Shown here: piece by piece, positions 1-14,500 of the stretch
Layout: the number at the start of each line of letters is the position of its first letter
Numbering within the stretch: the stretch's first letter is position 1
Origin: Coniocarpon cinnabarinum
Lineage: Eukaryota
NCBI GenBank assembly: GCA_051942205.1
Contig: JAVECO010000069.1
Span: forward strand, 1-64,000
DNA length: 64,000 nucleotides
Direction of reading: 5' to 3'
Made by a program: the position numbers and the translations under genes
The notes under the pieces: model-generated
The model's database searches: none
The model's input: only the letters and a program-made list of their open reading frames with translations
Told to the model about the DNA's origin: nothing

Positions 1-985
1 TTATTAAAAGTAAGTAAAAGTAGTAAATATTAAAAATTTTAAATATTTAAAACTTTTATAAAAAAAATTAAAGTATAAGCTTTATAGTTTAGTTATCTAA
101 AAAAATTATTAATAGTATCTAATTAAGTACTTTAATTATATATAAAAAAAATTAAAATATTTTTATATTAAATATTTATAAAAACTAAGACCTATTTAGT
201 ACTAACCTAATATTATTTTTTTAATTAAAAATAATTAAGTTTAAAAAAAAGATAATATTATAATTCTACTTTTATAGTATCTTTTTATTTAACTATTCTT
301 TTTATTTAGAATTTATTAATATAATTATTTAATCTATTATATCTTAAACTAAATAATTTACTAATAATTATTAAATATTATACTAGTATAAATCTAAAGA
401 TATAAGTAGTATATAGTATATTATATTTTTACTATATATATTAACTAGAACTAGATATAAATAAATAGTTCTTATCTTTATAAATAGTTATTCTATAGCT
501 TTTATAATTCTATTAACTACTCTATATAGTTAATAATTTTTACTCTTAACTTTTTTATATTATTAATAGACTAGTAATATACTATATACTTATTAATTCT
601 AAGTAGTAATTCTTATAAGTTTAACTATATTAGTATACTAAGTGTTTAGTAAAGACTTAGATAATATTAATAATATTTTTATAAAACTTCTCTTATTATT
701 TTATATTAAATAAATATTAAAAGCTTTTAAAATTAGAATTATTATATATATATATATCTTTTTATATTAAAAGTTACTAATAGTAGTTATTTTTTTAATA
801 CTAATTATAATATAGTTTTATAAAAACTTAGTATAAATCAAATCTAATTTATAAACTTTTAAACAATATCTTTTTAAAACTAATTTAATATAAAATAAAA
901 GAATAGAATACTACTTATTTTTATTTTTAGTGATATTTAGATTAAATAAAGACTAGTTTATACTAAGACTACTATTAGGCCTTAG
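1..985. repeat. AT-rich block, probable RIP-degraded transposon/repeat relic (runs off the 5' end of the window)
   Basis: Almost entirely A/T, saturated with TA, TAG, CTA and TAA, with very few CpA/TpG dinucleotides and no ORF. Composition changes to normal GC around 980-1050. This is the typical RIP signature. The element family cannot be recognised. Confidence 0.8.
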
Positions 986-1214
986 ACTTGTACTAGGGAA
1001 GTTACCTGATCGGGGAAGTTGATGATCTAAGACTAGGCGCATAAAGTCCTTTGCATGTCTGCAATTCTTGCTGATTAGATTGATTCACTGACAGACCTTC
1101 GTTGAGGCGAGACTATACGCTGCTGAACACTCGGTATTGCCGCTGCTCTACAAGGATCAAGTGCTCGATGCAGCGATAGCATCTCGCGGCGCGGTCCCAT
1201 GTCATCGAACCACT

Positions 1215-2282
1215 ATGGCGTTTATTACGATTGTACTTCTTTTATGTTCTTGCTTCAGCTATTCTGCTACTCTCCTAGGCAGTAGCAGCTCGTTAGCTCC
1301 GCAAACATCTCCTCGCACCACACAACTGGCGCGTTCGGCTTCAAACATCCCCTTACTCATCTGGCACGGACTCGGAGATGCGTATGATTCAGACGGAATT
1401 CAATCTGTCGGCCAACTCTACAACAACCTCTACCCTAGTAGCTTGGTGTACTTCGTTCATCTCGGCGAGAGCGGCGGCGCTGACCGCCACGCTTCATTCT
1501 TTGGCAATGTCACAGAGCAAGTTGAGCAGGTCTGCGACGACATTCGAAAACACGTCGAGCTCTCAAAAGTATCTGCAGTGAATGCACTGGGTTTCTCCCA
1601 AGGTGGTGTTTTCCTTCGCGGGCTAGTCGAGCGATGTGATGCCGTTGACGTACGGAACTTAATCACTTTTGGCAGCCCCCACAGCGGCATCACACAGTTC
1701 GCACAGTGTGCTCAAGATGATTGGTGGTGCAAGATCTGGAGCGGCACGCTGAAAGGAAACACCTGGAGTGATCTTGCACAAAGCTCACTGGTTCCTGCGC
1801 AATACTTCAGGAGCTCTGCAGACATAGGTGACTATTTGCAATACTCTAACTTCCTCGCCGACGTCAACAATGAAAGAGAAAGAAAAAGCCGGGAGTACAG
1901 GGACCGCATAAGCGCTCTCAAGCGTTTCGTCATGTTCAAGTTCCAAGACGAGGACGTTATTCAACCGCCAGAGAGCAGCTGGTTTGCGGATTATAACGTG
2001 ACGTCAGGACTCTTGACAAGACTTAAAGAGCGGGATTTATACAAGGAGGAATGGCTGGGACTAAAGAAGCTCGATGAAGCTGGCGGGTTGGAATTCAGGA
2101 CAACACCCGGCAAGCATATGCAAATCCAAGGAGGTGTGCTTGAAGACGCCTTCAAGCGATATTTTGCAGTGCTCGATGAGAAGTCTGATTACAATGATGT
2201 GGATGCAAGCGCCGAGCGACCGAGTGTCGAAGGGCTGGCACAAATTGTGCTTCGAAGGTTCAGTGTAGTGAACGTCGCGTAA
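1215..2282 (+). CDS. Palmitoyl-protein thioesterase (PPT1-like), secreted/vacuolar
   Basis: ATG 1215 gives a hydrophobic signal peptide (MAFITIVLLLC). Motifs LIWHGLGD, GFSQGG (nucleophile Ser), ITFGSPHSG, SLVPAQYF, SNFLADVNNE and PGKHM are present. Single exon. Confidence 0.9.
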   Translation: MAFITIVLLLCSCFSYSATLLGSSSSLAPQTSPRTTQLARSASNIPLLIWHGLGDAYDSDGIQSVGQLYNNLYPSSLVYFVHLGESGGADRHASFFGNVTEQVEQVCDDIRKHVELSKVSAVNALGFSQGGVFLRGLVERCDAVDVRNLITFGSPHSGITQFAQCAQDDWWCKIWSGTLKGNTWSDLAQSSLVPAQYFRSSADIGDYLQYSNFLADVNNERERKSREYRDRISALKRFVMFKFQDEDVIQPPESSWFADYNVTSGLLTRLKERDLYKEEWLGLKKLDEAGGLEFRTTPGKHMQIQGGVLEDAFKRYFAVLDEKSDYNDVDASAERPSVEGLAQIVLRRFSVVNVA

Positions 2283-2670
2283 ATTTCCCAAACCAAACAA
2301 CATATCAGTGCCTGATTGCTGCTTTGCAGCTGCCGAAAGATCCAGTCAGTCACATGTTGTGACGATTGCTATTTTGGGTAATATATCGAGTATATCATTC
2401 CTCGCTCGTGAACTTACATGCATTGTGTGCTGGCTCTGAAGACCTCTTCACTCACTCAAGACGACATTAACTTGAGGTGGGAGTAGGCGAACTGAGATGC
2501 AAATCCAAAAATGTTACTCCGCTAATGTGAATACTTTCCAGGGTCCTGTGCATCCTTAAAAAGTTTTGGGCTTCTGAGTAAGACTCCTCTGCGGTGTCCT
2601 CAACCTTCCCGCGTCACAAAGTGTATAGGCATCAGGTTTGAGCCGCGAGTAGTGGTTTCCGCCCGACCTC

Positions 2671-4039
2671 ATGCCTACAATGGCCCCATTCACGCCTGAA
2701 GAGCAGCAGGCTTCAAACCCCGCTCCACAGGGCCCAGACCCGTCCATCATCCAAGTGGCCAAACCGTACATCTTCGAGTCGACCGTCCAGCGACGCCTGA
2801 GAAGTGCTGGTATTCCCGAGCAAAGGGAGGATGCGGCGCGCCTGCAAGGCGTAGCGTGGATCGATAGTGTTCGAAAGGCATTGCAACTGTTGGTGTCACA
2901 TGCCATTTCTTGTGGATCGATGACAGCCCTTCGACTAACATGGCCAGGCCTGTCCGAACCTACAACACTGCATGTGTATATTATCATAAATTTCGCCTAG
3001 CACATCCAGATGTCAACTATGCAATCCCTGTGAGTGGTAGAGCAATCGCGTTTCATGCCTTGCATCTAATCGTCCGCGCTAGGATGCAGCAGCAGCAGCT
3101 CTTTTCAACGCTTGTAAGATCGAGGACACTCTCAAAAAGTCTCGTGACATACTATGTGCAGCTTGGAACCACAATCGATCGGCTAACGACCATCTAAGTC
3201 CCGATGATCCGGTAAGGTACATCCTATCTTGTGCGCCGATGCAAGCTTGCTGAGAGTTTGGCAGGGCTTCGACAACATCTCAAGGAACGTGGTGAGTCTG
3301 GAGCGAATGATGCTTGAGTCGAACGGCTTCGACTTTCGTAGTCGCTATCCGCAAAAGATGCTCATGAAGCTTGTCAAAAGCTGTGGCCTCGATCGTAACA
3401 CTGTCGGTGTCACCGCTTACCGCATCTCTCTCGACCTCTACCGTACCTTTGCTCCTCTAAAACAAACCACGCAGACGATGGCCCTGGCTTGCCTTGAGTT
3501 GTCAGCACGGCTTTTCCTTGTTGATCTGACGTCGATAAGTGAAGAAAAGGGATTCGATTACGGACGTTGGGCGACCAGCCGAGCTGAAATTGTGGGTATG
3601 TTGCGACCATTCTTTACAGTCAACACAGATGAATGACTCGCGCTCAGAAACCATGACCGATCTGCTCGAGCTGTACACCCACCATCGAAACGCCACACTC
3701 GTTGGGCCAGAATACGCTCTGGATGTCTTCATTCAAATTCGCATCAAGGTCAATCAGGAAGCCTCTCAGCAGTCTTTACCCCGCTACACCAATTGCATAG
3801 AAGTCGATAATGGCAGTCCAAGCGAAGGTGCTGTTCATAACAACGGCGCCATTGCCACTCCTACGTCCATATCTCCGCAGTCTCCCGCACGTGGAGCTGT
3901 CGCTCTGGGGGAGAAGGGTCGTGACGGCACTGTCCGGTTCATGCTCGATCCTGAACGTGCAAGAGTGGAAAAAGACACCGTCAAGAGGTATTTTACCCCT
4001 GAGGAGAAAGAATGGGTTGAGGAGTACGTGTACGTGTAA
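2671..4039 (+). CDS. CTK2: Cyclin, CTD kinase subunit (Ctk2/cyclin K-like)
   Basis: Five exons (2671-2888, 2948-3029, 3083-3211, 3265-3595, 3648-4039) join in frame. Cyclin-box sequences RLQGVAWIDSVRKALQLPVRT..YYHKFRL, AALFNACKIEDTLKKSRDIL and DLYRTFAPLKQT are present. Confidence 0.8.
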
Positions 4040-5157
4040 CGTGGCGCACGCTCAGTAAAGAAACACCTGCCCCAACAGGCCTGCTTGTAATCATCTACCT
4101 TGTATACCTTTTGCACAGCTCTGAAAGATCTGTCGCCCTCAGCTATACTGAAGTTCGCGAATTCGGAGGCACTGGCGGGGCACTTCAGCGTCTAAACATG
4201 AACGGTGCCAGCAGCGTCTGTAATGACAAGATGCCTCCTATCAAATATGCCAAGGTAATGAGCCTTTGATACGAGCCTACCCGCCTCCTTTCAAAAGAAG
4301 AAAAAAAAGATCGGATGTCATACCCGCTCCGGCTCGTTTAACAACAGATCACAGAGAGTATTTGTCCTCATCGGTCTTGCGCTGAGATGACAGTGGAGTT
4401 GGAATTGCTCAAGCACGCAGCGTCAGATTGGTGTTGGGTCAGAAACTACTGATGTACCACGCTACTGAGTCTTCCTCAAGTGCCTTTGAATTAAAACCTA
4501 TCGGGTGCGTGCTTATCTGAGTTTAATCGAGTTAAGCTAAAGGAGCAACTTGGGTGGAGGTCTGGTACGGAAGGCTTTCGGCAACATCATGACCAAGGCA
4601 CCAAACGTGGATAACATTCCGAAGCGCACATCGCTTCATGGAAAAATCTATTGACGTGCATAAACAGGCTGAAGCTATTAGGCAGGCGCGAATACCTTCG
4701 TTGAGTGGCATTAGTTCTCCACGATGCCACACTAATTTTCATTTGCACGTATGATGATGGGAGATAAAAAGAAAAATTCTGCACGTGTGCGGCTGCTCGG
4801 CAAGAACACGAGTGATAGTTGAGTTGTGCGCCTTTGCGACAATGCTTGGGCTGTATCTCGCTGTCCAACCTACAAGTCCCTACACTCGTTGCACGTTGCA
4901 AAAGACAGTCAATCATGTATACAGTACGTGCTGCTCTTGAGTCGTTGCTCTCCACAAGGAACGGGGGGAGGGGGTTACCGTGATCATCATAAAGATTGCG
5001 CGGGATCGATGCTGCTAACAAATGCTCATTGATGCTTCCACGCCCGCATTCAACCATTTCTGCGATTCTCTTCGCCGGTGCTACTTGCTCAGTATGACTT
5101 CAAGGAAGTAAACCCTGCTCGCCAAGTCATATTTAGAATTGAACGCCCCGCAAGTAT

Positions 5158-7877
5158 CTACAACTTGTCGTAGTAATTGTCGAGACCCGGCACCTCAGGC
5201 TTGATACCTTTCCGCTTCCGCATGTCGTACACAACCTTGCCAGGCATTGTTGTAGGGTCAGTCGGACTACCGCCTGGTAGCAACTGCCAGTGATTGAACA
5301 CCATTTGAGGGAAGGCCTGACCGCCCGTTGCTTGGCGCAGATCGGCGTTGAAGCCGAAAGACTCGTTCACTGGAAGATACGCCTTGATGGTGAAGAGCGG
5401 AGTACCAGGCCTCTGCTCTTCAGAGAAGACGTGCCCACGTCGTCTTGTCAGAACACCGTAGATGCCGCCCATAGCTTGCTCCGGCACTGAGATCTCGCAC
5501 AAGAACACAGGCTCCATGAGAGAGGGCTCAGCCAAGAGAGCAGCAGCATATAGGACACGCCGAGCTGTAGGAATAATCTGGCCACCACCACGATGGATGG
5601 CGTCGGCGTGTAGGGTCACGTCCTGAATGTTGAATCGAATTGCTCGCATGGGCTCTTCTGAAACAGGACCCTCTTTAGTCGCCCACTGGAAACCTGATAC
5701 GACGGAATCTTTGATTTCGTTGAGGTACTGCACAGCCTTGGTCTGATCAACTAAAAGGTTTGGGCCCGTGGTGTCAGGACCAAAGCACCAAATCTTCCGA
5801 GCGTCTGTAACATCCCAACCATGCTCATCGGCAAGATAACGCGCACGGGTCTTGAAATCGTCTCGAGGGTTGATCTTGCCCTTGTCGATGTCGTCCGCAA
5901 CTTCTTCAGAGAGGGGCTGCGCAGTGACATATAGACGGTTGTGCTTGTTCGGAGACTTGGACAAAGCCGTGATACGTGACTCGGCGCCAACAGATTCGCG
6001 ATACTGCACAACAGGATCAGAAATGCGAAGAGGGATACCGGCGTGGTCTTCCTCAAGATCTTTAAGACAAATCTCCAGATGTAACTCGCCTGCGCCGGCG
6101 ACAACGTGCTCACCCGTCTCGGCAATGTACGTCAAAACGCAGGGATCTGACTTTGACAGACGCTTGAGACCCTCAACGAGTTTTGGTAGATCCTGAGCGT
6201 TCTTGACTTCAACAGAGCGCTGCACGACCGGGGAGACGGAAAACTTCATGACTTTCAAGTTATGCGCCGTTTCACTTGTTGTGAGGGTACCTGATTTGAG
6301 AAGGAACTGATCAATACCGACGAGTCCGACAATGTTGCCCGCTGGTACATCCTCAATGGGTTCTGTGAAACGGCCCATCATCAGGATTGTTCGTTGGATT
6401 GATTTTACAAACAAGTCTTCCTTCTTGCCAGGTGTGTAGTTTGGTCCCTGAATGCGGATTTTGATACCTGAGCGGACAGTGCCAGAGAAGACACGACCAA
6501 AAGCATAGAATCGACCTTTGTCGGATGTGGGCACCATCTTGGAGACGTACAGCATTAGGCAACCCTTGGGGTCACAATCACGAACGGCAACTGCAGCCTC
6601 ATCGTCCGGAGGACCTTCATACAACGTCTCCATTCGGTACTTTTGCGCCGTTTTTGGTGAAGGAAGATGTAAAATCATCATCTCCAGCAACGCGTCGGCA
6701 GCTGGCAAGAATTTTCGCATGACGACTTTGAGCGACTGCTTGCCCTCCAGTTCTTGCTCTTCTTTAGTAAGCTTGATCTCGAGCTTCTCTAGGAGCTTCG
6801 GAATCTGTTCTTTCTTGAAGTTCATGACGGAGTCAAAGATACGGAAAATGGGGTCCAGCACGAATTGATTGAAGGCCCGTTCAGCGCCACCTTCCGACGA
6901 CTTTGTCCACTTCTTGGTTTGCGGGTTGAAGTAATTGTCGCCCCATAACCGCTCCATCATCTTATTCCGGTCCACGCCAAATTTCTTCGCGTATCTTGCT
7001 GCAAATTGACGGATTGTGAAAGCCCAGCCATGGAGACCAGAGCCAAAAGCGATTGTGCCCTTGTCTGGGTAGACTTGGACGTCGCCCAAGGCTTTATCGA
7101 AATAGGTAGCAATGACAACATTGACAGATTCGATGACACGCGAGAAATTCTGGTAGAGATCCTCCTTAGAGACCTGTAGCTCGAGTAGGGCGCGGTCAAC
7201 CTTGTTGATGACCAGAACAGGCTTGATGCGTTCACCGAGTGCTTGTCGCAGGACGGTTTCAGTCTGGACGCAGACACCCTCAATAGTATCAACGACGACC
7301 AGAGCACCGTCTGTGACACGCAAAGCCGCAGTGACCTCGGAGGAGAAGTCCACGTGTCCCGGTGAGTCGATCAGATTGACCAAGAATTCATTCTTTGACG
7401 GCTGCCCCGGAACTTCCTTCAGGTCAGTAGCCTCAGTCAACTGCGCGAAGAGGGAAATCGCAGTCGATTTGATTGTGACACCTCGCTCCTGCTCATCGGC
7501 GCGCGTGTCGGTGAATCGAGCTTCGCCCGCTTTGGCGGCTGAGATGATACCGGCGCGTTGGACGAGCGAATCAGTCAAGGTAGACTTGCCGTGGTCTACG
7601 TGAGCAATCACAGACCTGAGAAGGCATTAGCGGTCAGTCTCGAGTCTTTTTCAGCTAGGAAAGCTAACATGTTCCGAATGTTGTTCGGATCATCCATGAG
7701 ACCACGGATCTGTGACACAAGTCAACCTCTGATGGGCACAGTGACCCGCTGGCAGCGGAAGCGACAATCAGCTGCCAAAAGACACGTACCTCCTCGACCG
7801 TGAAGCTGTTGAATGACATAATTAGTAGATGCGCTTAAGAAACGAGGTGATGGGCTTCGTGCAACGTACTTGACCAT
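5158..7877 (-). CDS. EFT2: Translation elongation factor 2 (eEF2), 840 aa
   Basis: Exons 7877-7870, 7805-7790, 7709-7669 and 7615-5158 give [27 protein letters not shown]. Also DSPGH, NKVD, the diphthamide loop [11 protein letters not shown] and C-terminal YYDKL. Confidence 0.98.
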
Positions 7878-8565
7878 TTTGGCGGCTTTGTCAGTGACTT
7901 GTGCGGGCGATGTAAGGTCCTCGATGAAGATGGGCAATATGCCCCACTTGAACGACGAAGTTCGTGAGCAGACGTAGAAAAAAGTTCACAAGCACGTTCG
8001 CAACAGACGAGGGCCTAGTCGACAGCGCAGCAGTGGCGCAGCTCCTCTCAGGCTGGATCCCGCAAGCTGGGAAGGAATGAGATGCGAAATCGAAAAAGTC
8101 CAAGAGGAGGGATCAAAGGAGGAAAAAGCGGGCGTCTGAGGGTTATGTGGGGCGCTCGCAAGTGGACGCTGATGACTAAGTGACATCGCCCTATCACCGG
8201 CTTAAGCCCGGGGACTCGCGCACGTGACTTTCTTTATTGGGGCCAGCGCGCTCAGGCAGTTACTCATAACGCGTCACCATGGACACTGAGTGGTGAGTCA
8301 ATGCAGTGCAGACAAAGGCCGATCCTCGAAGGTCGGCCCACCGCTGCCAGCATCTTCCGCTTTCCGAGCCTGACTGTGTTGAAAAGCCTGCCGTGCCTTG
8401 CGTGACCGCGAAGACGGCTTTGGCCGGCGTGGTTCGTTATACAACAGGCCCATTCTGCTCATACAAATGTTCATATCTAATGTTCATGATTATGTACACC
8501 CATGTTGTCCATGCATCCATTATTCCACAGGCCGATACAAGTTCGCTGGCCCTAAACTCCCAAAG

Positions 8566-11500
8566 CTATGCAGATCCCAAAATGCGATTGTAGGTGTCCT
8601 CCACCTCCTTGGCGACCTCCAAGAGAGTCACAATCACCACCTGGTGCGTGACATTAGGAAGCTTGTCCCTGTGTAGGCCTATCCATTCCAGCGGCGGTGT
8701 TGCCTCTCCCATGTCTCGTAGCTGGGGGGTATCAATCACGGCGGGTTCAAGCGCGCGGTACTCATATCCGACGTTTGGCAAGCTGACGTTAGCTGTGACC
8801 GTGATCTTGGCCTGTTCCCTGCTCCGCTCATCTTCGCCGGCGCCTCCGAGTCCCTCGTCGTCCTCTTTGGGTAAAGGCTGCGGGCCACTGATCTTCAACG
8901 CCGATTCCGGCAGAGGCTTACCCAAGCGAGTGGCCAGAGTGCGAGTGTGCGTCGCCCACATTCCTCGGATGAAACTGATCCTAGAGTAATTCCAGCCAAC
9001 ATCAATTTTGCCTTCAAAAGTGCTCCTAAACTTGTACTCAACGAGTCTGGAATCCTGCACCTGCCAGGTCTGCATCTCGGCAAGTACCTTTGGCACTCTG
9101 AGAATGATTCCACCTCGCGCTGAAGTCGCGTTGGAGACAACATCATCAATGTTAACCTCTGCGATCGGTTTTGCCATGCCTGACGACGGCATTTCCGCTA
9201 AAGCCGTCCGCACTTGTCCTAGTGTAAGCCCAAGCCCACTGTGGAGCTTACCATCATCGACTAAGACAGCAAAGCGGGCCTGTACATCTGATGCTTCTAA
9301 CCTGAGGATTTGCTGGTCCATCACCGTTCTTGGGAACGCGCCCAGGTCGATCGAACCAAGAGTGACCATTACGTCAGTGTGAAGGGAGATTGGCAAACCA
9401 GTCTTTCTCTCAGTGGAGTTTGCTGCCTGATTTTTTGACACAGTAAGCTTGTCGTCAGTACTTCGGCGTGTACCGCTTGTCTTCCGTCGTAGAAAATTAT
9501 CAATGTCTCTAAGAGATTGTTCATAGGCTGCCTGCTTTTCCTGTATAAGACGCTCGAAGGCCTGCGATAAGGAGACTGCGAGCGCGGCAGAAGATGCCAC
9601 GCAGTATGCGTGGACTTTCTTGCCATCTAAAATGGCTACAAGTCTGTCCCCACTTCGTTGTCGACGATCTCGTACATTGTACATGATGAAGTCGAAAGAT
9701 GCAATGTGGAGCACCGCAAAAACTTGGTAGTCGAAAGCAGCCTTAACTCGCAGTTCATCAAATCCAATAGAACCTTGGACTAATGGAGTCTGTTCCTCTT
9801 TGAGTTTTGAATCAGGCCACGAAATAGAAGTTCTGACTCTGGTCCGTTTTAGTAGAATGAAACCACTCATCCTGCCGTAAGCATCAGCGACTACCTTCTC
9901 AATACCGACACACAAAGTCTGTTTCGAGCTTGTCGTCTTCTTGGAAGACGCCCACAGTCCTGTGATGTGAGACGAAAGCTTGCCAATCGCTTGGCCAAGA
10001 TCCAGGTCCACGCCCAGATCGGCAATGACAACTGTTGCATTCCACGGGAAAGACGTCGCGGCTGCAATCTGTCGATATCTTGCTACGAAGTACTCTTGCT
10101 GCTCCTCAAATCCTCGTGACGAATTGCGCAGCGAACTGTCGCGAATCTCTGGAGGAAACCATATTTCGCGAAACAAAAGCACGTCTTGCAGCTGCTTCGC
10201 GTTTAGCTGAGCCTTCATGGGGTTCACCTTGAGAATCGCCGACACGCCTGTCTTGCCGCTCGTATGCTTACTATTTAGAGCAGACAGGATGATCGAATCA
10301 ATATCAAATTTGAATGTCGCTTCACGGGAATATACGTGCTGAAGAGAGGCCTGCATGCCGGTGAACGATACTGACAATGCGAAAAAGTTTTCGGCTTCGG
10401 ACGATGTCACAGTACTTATAGTCATATACGAGTCTTCTAGCTTCATGCAGGCTTCCACTTTCGCAATAGGCTGACAGACAAGTGCGAAATCTTGAGTGCC
10501 TATTCCCACTCCAATGTTGAGACGAGTTCTACCAAGAACGGCGCGGGGAGTCTGCTGAACGAAAGATTCATCGAGAAATGCGCTGCCGGTGTTTGCAATG
10601 GGTGCCTTCCCAAAAACTTCGTCATCGACTTGTGATTTGGTCGATATGTTTGCACCCGGGTCGTTAACAGTCTTCTTGACGTTATGAGCGAACTCCATAA
10701 CGAGAGGCACTACGGCAGGTGTCAGTACGTTTTTTGATTTGTCTATCCTAATCTCGATGTTCAGACGTGGATCTGAGCTGTCTGGCGCATCGAATTGTAT
10801 GCGAGCGGCAAGCCCAGGCGCCCGCAACGCAACGCCCTTATTTGTGGAGTTAGACAATGGAGTCCTATAGCGGCCGAGCTCCCCGATTGTTTTGATAGCC
10901 GCGAAGTTCCTCTGCTTTGATGCGGCTGCGAAAGGATCATGCTCTTGCAGACGCACCACAGCACCTGCAAAATTGACGTCCACGGTGAGTAATGAGAGCC
11001 GCTTTGTGCTGTTTGCCAATGGAACAGTTGGGGTGTCGCCTGCGACTGGTCTCGTTCGTAGGCGAGTCAGTGCTCTACGGGTCATCTCGGCGGAAGCTGA
11101 TACGGAATCAGTCAATGTCGCAGCTGGCTGTACCACGTCAGGGTGTAGTTGTATATCGAGCGCTTTACCGCCAGCACGGAAATGCAGCCTCCTTTCATCA
11201 ACGGAGCCGTTGCGCTTCACAGTAAAAACCAATTCAGGAAGCAAGGCTGAGTTGACTGAACGTTGGGTCCATGGCAGATCTTGTGGCGCAACCTGCAACT
11301 TGATATTCTGGACGCGCAAACGAGCGTCACGTTCGCCATGCGTTTCGAAGTCAGCACTTTCTAGACTGAAAGTTAGGTTCTGAGCATTTTGAGCATGCTG
11401 GTTATCTTTATTGCGATCGCTTTTGACCACGTAGTTCAATCGAGCATTGGTCAGACGTGCTCTGCACGAGGTCATCACCTCAGGCACTTCTTGCAGGCCT

Positions 11501-14500
11501 CTCGAACCAGGCGGATCTTCAGAACTTTTGAAGTTGAAATCAATTGCAGATCGCTGGCGTAGCCGCCTGATGTAATGGCGTTCGCGAGATAGTGTTAACT
11601 TCTTCATCCTCTCCTGGAAGTGACTCATTAGGCTCACAACGATTGGGCTCGTATATTGATCAATCTGGGCGGCTGGCCCTGTTGCAGCTAGCTCGACATA
11701 GCGAGCATAATTTCCACTAGAATTCCGCGACATCGTGCAGGCAGCTCGCACTGCGAATAAAAGGTTGGCCGACTCTCTTTGTGAACTTCTTGTCTGCCGT
11801 TCCACCTTCGCACTCATTTGCCCAAGTGATAAGTGCATTTCGGGACTAGGTAGGGCCGAGCCGACTTTTTCAGATCGATTCGAGGCCCGGAGATGGGTGG
11901 ACTCTACAGCCAGAACGATGCTTGCTTGAGGATCGTCACGATGGACTTGATGTGTTCGAGCAGCAATCGAGATGCCGACTAGAGATAGACTTGCATCAAA
12001 AATCATAACACGCGTCTCACTCCCGCCACTTGTCACTGTGGACTCAGGAGACTTGTGGGATGCAGAAGATGCTTTTGCAATCTGCATGAAAGACTCAATG
12101 TCATCGCCAAGCGATTGAGAAGCTGCCAAAACTCCTGGGCTACTAATCATGCTGAATATACTGTAGAGTGCAAGTCCTTGCAGTTCTATGCGTTCGATAG
12201 AAAGCGATGTTGAGATTGTCATGAGATTCGGATTGACAAGTAGACGTACGCCCCCGTTTATGGGTGGAAACTTGACAGCGGCCTTCGCCAGTGGATCCTG
12301 CGTGTCACCACGCAAGAGAGTATGTTCTTGAGACTTGAGGTCAAAGTTGATCTCATGCGACGATTCCGGCTCCGTTGTTGGTGCCACACCAAGTCTCAAA
12401 ACACTTCCCGAGGCACAATACCGCAGATCTTGGACCATGGGCACACTCAGAGAGTATGCATCCAAAACCAGCGAGATGAAAGGACGAAGCGTCGTTGTGT
12501 TGACAGGTGGCGTATCCGCTCCTGTGACAGTTCGAAAGATGAAAGCATGGCGGTCAGCTACATCCTTGCCCTGGCGCACTTCCTGCTCAGCAACCTTGCT
12601 TGCAACTTCCAGAAGTTCAGCGGGCTCATGATGCACTTGGAGATCAAAACGACCAGCTGTACCACCAAGGTGCAAATGGCTGGCATTGCTGTCGTCCTGA
12701 TCACTTTTCCCATAGGTGATGGCCAGACTTGAATATTGGAGATTTGTTTCAAGAAGCAGCTGTGTTGAGCTGAAGGTCCTCATTGAAGCTTCTTGAGCCG
12801 AAGCAATGACGTTAACGTCATTTCTATCAGCTGTGGCTCCTGCAGCCCTTCTGAAGGTGGAAGTTCGAAAGTTACGTACAAGCCACATCTGAGCAATGTT
12901 GATGGTCTCGAAATTTGCTTCCGCAGTCTCCATTTGCACAATGACATGCAGCTCCTCACTCCACTTCTCCCCTGAAACATCTTCTGGCAATTTCGCCTGA
13001 GAGATCTGAGCGGACTTTTGCAAGAATGTCTCCTCCTCGAAAAGAGCCGCAATGTCATCAACAAAGCCACAGAGCTCCCAATTCGTATTCAAGACAGCTT
13101 TTGTCGCGCCAAAATGAACGGTAGTGAGTCGTGCTTGTCGGTACTCCTGAAACATTTGCATTGCCGATGGCGGAGGTGGAGGAATTACAGAAACAGCAAC
13201 AGCAACACCGCTAACGGTCACACCGTTTTGATTGTGCCCATGATCGATCCAGATTCTACAGTCGGACCCATGCACACTTATTGAGAGGGGCGTTGATTCA
13301 GGATCGATGGGTTTATTGGGATCAACGCGTCGTCCAGTGAGCAATTTCATCGCAAGGCTGTCACTGATATGCAGCGCATCCCAGCTACGCCATTGATCTG
13401 CAGAACCAACAGCATACTTTTCTACGCGTTCAGGAATATCAATCTCTCCGTCTAAGCATTTGGTGAGCAAATTGTGCGTTTCCTCTTCGCTGAGACAATG
13501 CAAAATCCACCTCAACCGAGCTACCACCCGCCACGAGTCAGTGTTTCGCAGATGATCTTCAGCAGACCTGATCATGTACGACGGACGTGTCAAGAAGGAA
13601 GGATCAGGGACTCCATGGCCAGCTTTAACAAGACTGTACACGATGAAACGACGACGCTGTGCATTGCTTGCCATCAGGTTGACGAACGGAAGAGCGAGAT
13701 CCTGTCCCAGGCTAGCAGCGCGGTGAATGAGCGCGGCCAGATATCGAAGCTCCTGACCTGCTATGCTCGTATCTAAATCATCGAAAGAAGCATTCACTAT
13801 GGTCCTATCGCATTCGGCTAGCCAAACGAGCGTGTTTGATAGGCTTGCGTGCAACGCAACATTCGCTTGGCCTTCATACTCTTTCATGGGTTTTGCGGAC
13901 AGCGAGATAGATGAAATAGCTATATGCACAGCCTTCAGATTATCTGCGTGCCTGCGTTGAGAGACATTCTTGATGCGAATAGCAGTGGACGATTTGAAAA
14001 TCATGAGGTTATATTCATCGACAGACTGTGGCTCCGGCGTTTTGGATGGCTCCTGAATACTACTGTTGATGAAGCGAGCATGGACAAATGGGACCTGGAT
14101 GCCTAAATCCACCACGTGGCGCTGGCCACGCTGCGTTCTGAGCACAGAGATAACTGCCGAGGTCACATCAATCTGATATTGATCGTAAGACGCGCTCGGA
14201 TCCTTGGTGCTGACAGTCTCACAAATTTTCGACATAGCAAGTATGGCGTTCGGTGAACACAAGGCCACGACTCCAGGGGATGTCTCAATAGCAATACTTG
14301 TGCGAGCGATGCTGTCATCCGGTGCGAGGTTGAACAAACTCATCTCATCTTCATAGTCTCCGTAGGAAGTGAGCTTTGGCTCGCTAAAATTAGGAACATG
14401 CTCAGCGTTGATCATTAACGATTCGCTCGGCAGGTATGGCTGCGTAAAGACGCTATGGCGTTCAGTTGAGCGAAGGCTGAGGTAATCCGCATCATCTGCC

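Noticed and set aside
4100..5150. Possible snoRNA or Pol III RNA between CTK2 and EFT2 (ATGATGA boxes, A-run near 4301)
   Set aside because: No properly spaced C/D pair, terminal stem or recognisable guide sequence. It is consistent with convergent 3' UTRs. An Infernal/Rfam scan would settle it.
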